Below, one piece after another: positions 58,313 to 64,000 of a DNA stretch of 64,000 nucleotides. Within the stretch, counting starts at the first letter, position 1. Every line of letters starts with the position of its first letter. The notes beneath the pieces were generated by a model, which was not told the DNA's origin, did no database searches, and worked only from the letters and a program-made list of their open reading frames with translations. The stretch is taken from positions 30,566,001 to 30,630,000 of the forward strand of contig NC_092355.1 in assembly GCF_963676685.1 (NCBI RefSeq). Reading direction: 5' to 3'. The stretch comes from Mytilus edulis (lineage: Eukaryota). The position numbers and the translations under genes were made by a program.

Positions 58313-59421
58313 CTTGTATTTAATAACTTAATTTAGATTATTTGCCTATTTGAATCTTGACAGTGCAGATATTATAAAATTTTCAATCTCTCTTGTTGCA
58401 GTAAAAGTGCAAAGTATTAACAAACTCCAAGTGGAAATTTTAGAGGTTTGGAAATCACTTTCAGCTCCCTAGATCGTTTACGTTGAAAGTGAAGATATCT
58501 TTATTTATTATTACTTTTATAAATGATGAAAACTATATACATTATAATCAAAATAGAATATAACATGAGAAAATATCGCAAACTTTAAATCATTCCCATG
58601 TTCCAACGACGAGTTGTAAGAACATGGTACCTTGTTTATATTTCTAAAAAATAACTAAAAATAGCCTAGTTTTGGAAAACCCGAAAACCGGTCACGCATT
58701 CTGTGCATAATAAAACAATGAACATTCATTGTTATGAATATCTGGCATCTTTTTCCTATATAAAAATTAATAAAAAACGTATCTATTTCAATAACCTGAA
58801 AATTCTTATTTTCATATATCGCAGGAAATAATAATGTAGATCCGCAGAAACTCATGTGACAATCTCAAACCCATATCATATAATGGACTGGCTTAGTGCC
58901 GGCCAATAAAGAAAATAATGTACCTAATACTCAAATATCAATCAATAACTATTGTTTCTTGAAGATATCATGCCATGATATTATACTCTGTATTGTGTTA
59001 TGGTAATAAATCAGCATCACATTGCGTTATTTCATTAAATTTGAATTACGTTGAATTCTAATTATCCATTTTGGAAACGTATCAAAATATTGTCACACTG
59101 GAGGAAAATACTATTACAAATATCTGAATTGATTCTTTTTAAACGAAGATTTAGGTAACAAATTCTATCAGTTGATGTATTTAGATGACACATATAATTA
59201 ATACTAATTAAAAATGACAAATCTGCTTCATTTATTGAAACTAAATTGTCGTTTGGATCCCGCTAACATGTTTAACCCGCCACTTTATTCAAGTATGTGC
59301 CTGTCCCAAGTCAGGAGCCTGTAATTCAGTGGTTGTCGTTTGTTTTATGTGTTACATATTTGTTTTTTTTCATTTTTGCATATAAATAAGGCCGATAGTT
59401 TTCTTGTCTGAATTGTATTAC

Positions 59422-59827
59422 GTACCGATTATCAGGTTGTCTGCATGTCGATATCGTAAAATATCAGCTGCGAGACATAATATGAAGCTTTTTGTCGAGT
59501 AAGCGCAGCGAACGAGATCAAAAAGCCTTCATATTATGTCGAGCAGCTGATATTTTACAATATTAAAATGCCGATAACCTGATAATCGATTTATCGGGCT
59601 GTATTTGCGTCTTTTGGAAGTATTGTCTTAGTTTCACCAGCAACCGGAAGTTGACTTGATAAGCTCGTGTCAAACTTATCAACGTCGGTTCAAACATTAT
59701 GACGTCGCTGATATGTCCGGGTCAAAGTTATTTAGGCCAGGTCAACGTATTTGACGTCACAAAGCCGTGATATGGAGTTTTATTAAGAGTTGAGCAGATT
59801 GATATAGACAGTTGGACGACCGATAAA
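59422..59827. mobile_element. Hairpin-ended insertion nested in an interspersed repeat (59255-59985)
   Basis: Hairpin with ~65-bp arms at 59426-59588, followed by TTTATCGG...CCGATAAA inverted repeat. Confidence 0.65.
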
Positions 59828-62800
59828 TTGTCTTATTGGGGCCTTGTATAGCTGACTATTCGGGATGGGCTTTGCTCATTGTTGAAGGCCGTACGGTGAC
59901 CTATAGTTGTTAATGTCTGTGTCATGTTGGTCTCTTGTGGACAGTTGTCTCATTGTCAATCATACCACATCTTCTTTTTTATATTTACGTAATACCAAAA
60001 CTAGTTCGAAAATTAGCTGTATAATCTTTGGAAGAAACGATTCCATAAGTCATGACAGGAAATGCAAAGGACGTTTTATTGGTTTCCTTATCTGCTCATT
60101 TATTTGAATATGTATTGACCTTGAGTAAAACCCCATGATTTCTTGAATTTGAAGGATGATCCTTCTTCAAAAAGTTTAAAAGTTTATAGATTCAAAGTTT
60201 TAAATAAACGATGGTCGTGATCGGATTTACCATAACAAATGATTGACGGGTGATGGTGGGGTTCGTGTTTTTTAGTTTGTAGTTAGCTTTGATGTGCTTT
60301 GTAAACTGTTTGTTATTTGGTCTTTAACATTTTTTGCAATATACTTGTCAGTTTTCGACATTTGAGTTTAGTGGCCCTTTGGTATCTTTCGCCTCTCTAG
60401 TAAAGATGGGCAGATTTAAGTACCATTACTTGAGGAATTTTGTCAGGTAGTTTTAAGCTTTATTAAACACCACATTGCTGTAACTGCCTCAATAAACATC
60501 TACACTACTGAATTGCAGGATAGGCATTTACAGCATGTAGCAGGGTTACAATGTCTGCTAAACTCTGCTCCTTACTTTTTACGTGACATATTTATCTTCC
60601 TGAAAAGAGTTTCGAATAGAAAATGTATCTGCTTTATTCCTTTAAATTTAATTGTAAGCACCTCATATCAACCCTAGTTTTTGGTGGGTTTCATGTTGCC
60701 TAGTCTTTAGTTTTATATAGTGTGTTGTGTACTATTATCTATCTGTTTGTCTTTTTCTTCATTAGTCATTGATTACTTATTGATATAATAATACATATAA
60801 CATCATGGTACAATTTAATATGTAAACAACGTTTTCAAAAGGTTGACAAACTCCGGTAAAGGGATGCATAACGTTCGACCATGTGTTGCTCTACATAACA
60901 TGTACATATTCCTTGGGCTCTCGGTCATAAAACTTTACTCAGTACTCCGAGTACAAAATAAGTGCTCGAAACACAAAATCCAGTATTTTGATTGGTTGAT
61001 TCTTGAGTCTGAGTACAAAAATCGTATTCGAAAGTTTTATGCCGCAAATATCATGAATATAGGTTGACAGTTAACATATAGTGTACATTTATCATGTTTA
61101 TAGTCTCATGGTATTTTGCTTCTGTTGGGAGCAAACGCATTTGTCCAAACTACTTTGTACATAACAGTCCATTTGGGGTGCTCATCTTGGTCTGTGTTTC
61201 ACAGTGTTTCAGTCTTTCAATTTTATTCAAATACTAATTCAACAGTTTGGACAACAACTAAAGATACGTTTTAATATATGTCAAATTGAATGATAAATAA
61301 AATATTTGTATAGTGATTAAAAATATAAAAAAAATGATATTGTTCTTGTCAGGAAACCACCAAAAATTGTGCATTGGTTTAAGATATAAATCTGATCCAA
61401 TAAAAGTCAAGAGAGAGAAAAAAAATCGCTAATACAAAAATATCATTGTTTGATCATTATTCAAGAATGATAAACACATTTGTATAAAACAGAAAACCTT
61501 GCAAGACAAGAGGGAAGTCGATGAATTGGATTATAGTACGAACAAATTATTCAACTGATTTAATTCAATCTCAAAGCGCGATTGCTTGATATTTGAAGCA
61601 AAAGGAACGGGATATTACAGAATGACTTCAATGAAATAAATACAATAAAAAATAATGTTCATGCTTAACCGGGATTAATGAAAGTAGAGATAGTTATAAT
61701 GTTTCGGCTGTTTGTACAAAAATGATAAACTGTCATGAAAGAAACATAAATATTGCATTAGCATGATCTAATAAATAAACTAACAATTCAATATCTCTTT
61801 TGAATGATTAATTCTTGTTTTACCCTTATATATAATAGACATAGGAAGATGTGGTGTGAGTGCCAATGAAACAACTCTCCATCCAAATAACAATTTATAA
61901 AAGTAAACCATTACTGCGAGTGCAAACATGATAAACTGTCATTACTGAAGTATGAAGATTGCATTCACATGATTTCACTAAAAAGCTAGCAATCAAATAT
62001 CTCTTTAGAACATGTTGAATGACCAATTCTTATTCTTGAGTTTATTTAACATGATCACGTTTTTGTCAAGTTATAGTGTCTAAAAATATTACTCGATAGT
62101 TTATTATGATGTAAGTACAGTTTATCCGGATATATGGTACATTATTATACTTCCTGTAAGAAAGGTATTCTATATTAAAATTGGTCTAGTTTTGCATACA
62201 TGTAGTGTTAAAAAGAAATATATAGCGTTAACTGCACATTTTGAAAAGAGTATGCATTGCTGTTGCTATAGACTATTGACGTGCACGTCAATCATTGTTT
62301 GATTTCACGTTCAAAGGCTTGGCGTAGTTGGTTTGACAGACAAGTGGGTTGAACTATAAGCCTGATCATATGTGCGCTTGAAATTACGATGTTATAAACC
62401 ACTAATTAAAGTCGCCTAATGACTAAAGCGTAGTCTGCAAAACATGTATATCAAGAAACAGAGTTAAAATCAATCATTTCGTTTCGACTAAAAACATACT
62501 ATTGAATCAATTCCTTTGTTAATCTTTCTAGTAGCCAAGAAGACAAAATCAAGTCTCTAAGACAGCATATATATATATAAATATAGAACCGAGCCCGTCC
62601 CCAGAACAAACCTCATCCAAAAATGTTTATATTTTCCAGAATCTGAACACATGTTGGTGGGACAAGTTCTAAGAGATAATTATCCTTTTAACTGTACTAG
62701 AAATACAAAATTTTCCAAGAAACACGAAAAGTTTGTGAATTCGCCGTTTCAGAATCGAAAGCATTCTGGGTAATATTTTCAAAAGGGTATACCAGAGCGT

Positions 62801-64000
62801 CTTGATTGATTAAAAACGTCCTAAATAATTGAAATTCAACCAATGACGTGACGGTATTTTCATTTTGGGGTACGAACAATAAAATTACCCATAGTCCTTT
62901 TGATTCTGAAACGGCCAATTGGATCATAGTTCGATCAAATTGAGTAAATTTTAGTTTTATTTCAATACATGATTGTGTTATATATTTAGCAATAATAAAC
63001 CGGATAGTACAGAGTTATTAGTTTTATCACATTTATTGAAAGACATTTACCAATGATGAAAGTGTTAAAAGAAAAGAAGACGACGTTATAACGCTTCAGT
63101 TCTATATATCCTTCGATAGTGATCCGATCAATGTTCTTTAAATATATGATCAGTAACTATAAACAAAAAGCATCTCCTGTGGAAATTAATATTTTTTATT
63201 TTTGTAACATGATTCTTTATTCACCAATACAAATATATTATATTACAAATTCAATTATTAATAATTTCTATATTTCAGAAAAAGACATATTTCAATTACA
63301 TTAGGATTTCGATCATGATTATGTTTCTTAAAATGTAACTTTAATGTTGATGTCATCTTTGTAGGTTTTTTTTATCGCATGTAATAGATAACTTTGATAG
63401 TTTGTTTTCAAAAAATATGTTACGATTGGCAATTTCGGAATCTAAAGGACTATGAATAATTTAATCGTCCGAACCCTTCATTAAAATAGCGTCATGTTAG
63501 TGGTAAAATGTCAATTGTTTATGACGTTGTTAACAAATCACGACGTTTTAGTGTACACTTTTGAAATTATTTCCCAGATTCTGAAGCGGAGAGTTGCTAC
63601 AATACTAATGACAAAACTATCAACAGTATATGTGTGTATACATCTTTACTATGTTTTTGTTTAATCTATGATACGTCTGGTCTATCATTAATTTTAAATG
63701 CGAGAAGTTTCATACATGAATATTTATAACATATACTGTGGATTCATTTATTTTCGTGGGTATCAATTTTCGTGGATAGAGAAAAAAAGACGTTTCGTGG
63801 TATACGTAAATTCGTGGATCGCTGATTACAACAACAAAAAAATTAGATACGTAATTCGTGGATTTCTTTTTGATTTAGGAGATCATATAACCTCCTTGGT
63901 TTGATCAATAATAAAACAAAACAAAAAAAGAAGGAATTCATTGAAAAAGTTTTGAATTGTCAAAATCCTCGCTTGGTAATTTTAGGGTAAAGTGTTCATT

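Noticed and set aside
60000-64000. Short ORFs in the right-hand end
   Set aside because: No recognisable motifs or consistent exon structure; the region appears to be AT-rich intergenic DNA with repeat fragments.

Overview
AT-rich, intron-containing eukaryotic DNA whose repeat content points to a bivalve mollusc (Mytilus-like; inferred). The main feature is a head-to-tail tandem array of five sigma-class glutathione S-transferase genes on the minus strand. Four are complete 5-exon, 208-aa genes (13533-20231, 22980-30994, 32914-38528, 42486-48034). The fifth, more divergent gene runs off the left edge, with exons 1-3 at 211-5157. Introns and spacers are dense with mobile DNA: a 5'-truncated Penelope-like retroelement with C-terminal RT (Naiad-type), an intron-containing hAT transposase fragment, THAP-domain relics, Helentron-associated elements, tRNA-derived SINEs, many MITEs and several minisatellites. 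The most notable observation is a canonical-looking type-II SECIS element in the 3' UTR of the retroelement, with a second structure-preserving copy at ~39.7 kb, suggesting a selenoprotein-encoding retrotransposon family that disperses SECIS elements. Also notable: duplicated splice donors and possible micro-exons in three GST paralogs, an antioxidant-response element kept in two paralogs and degraded in two, and amino-acid divergence concentrated in the GST H-site helix. All calls were made by eye, without database searches.
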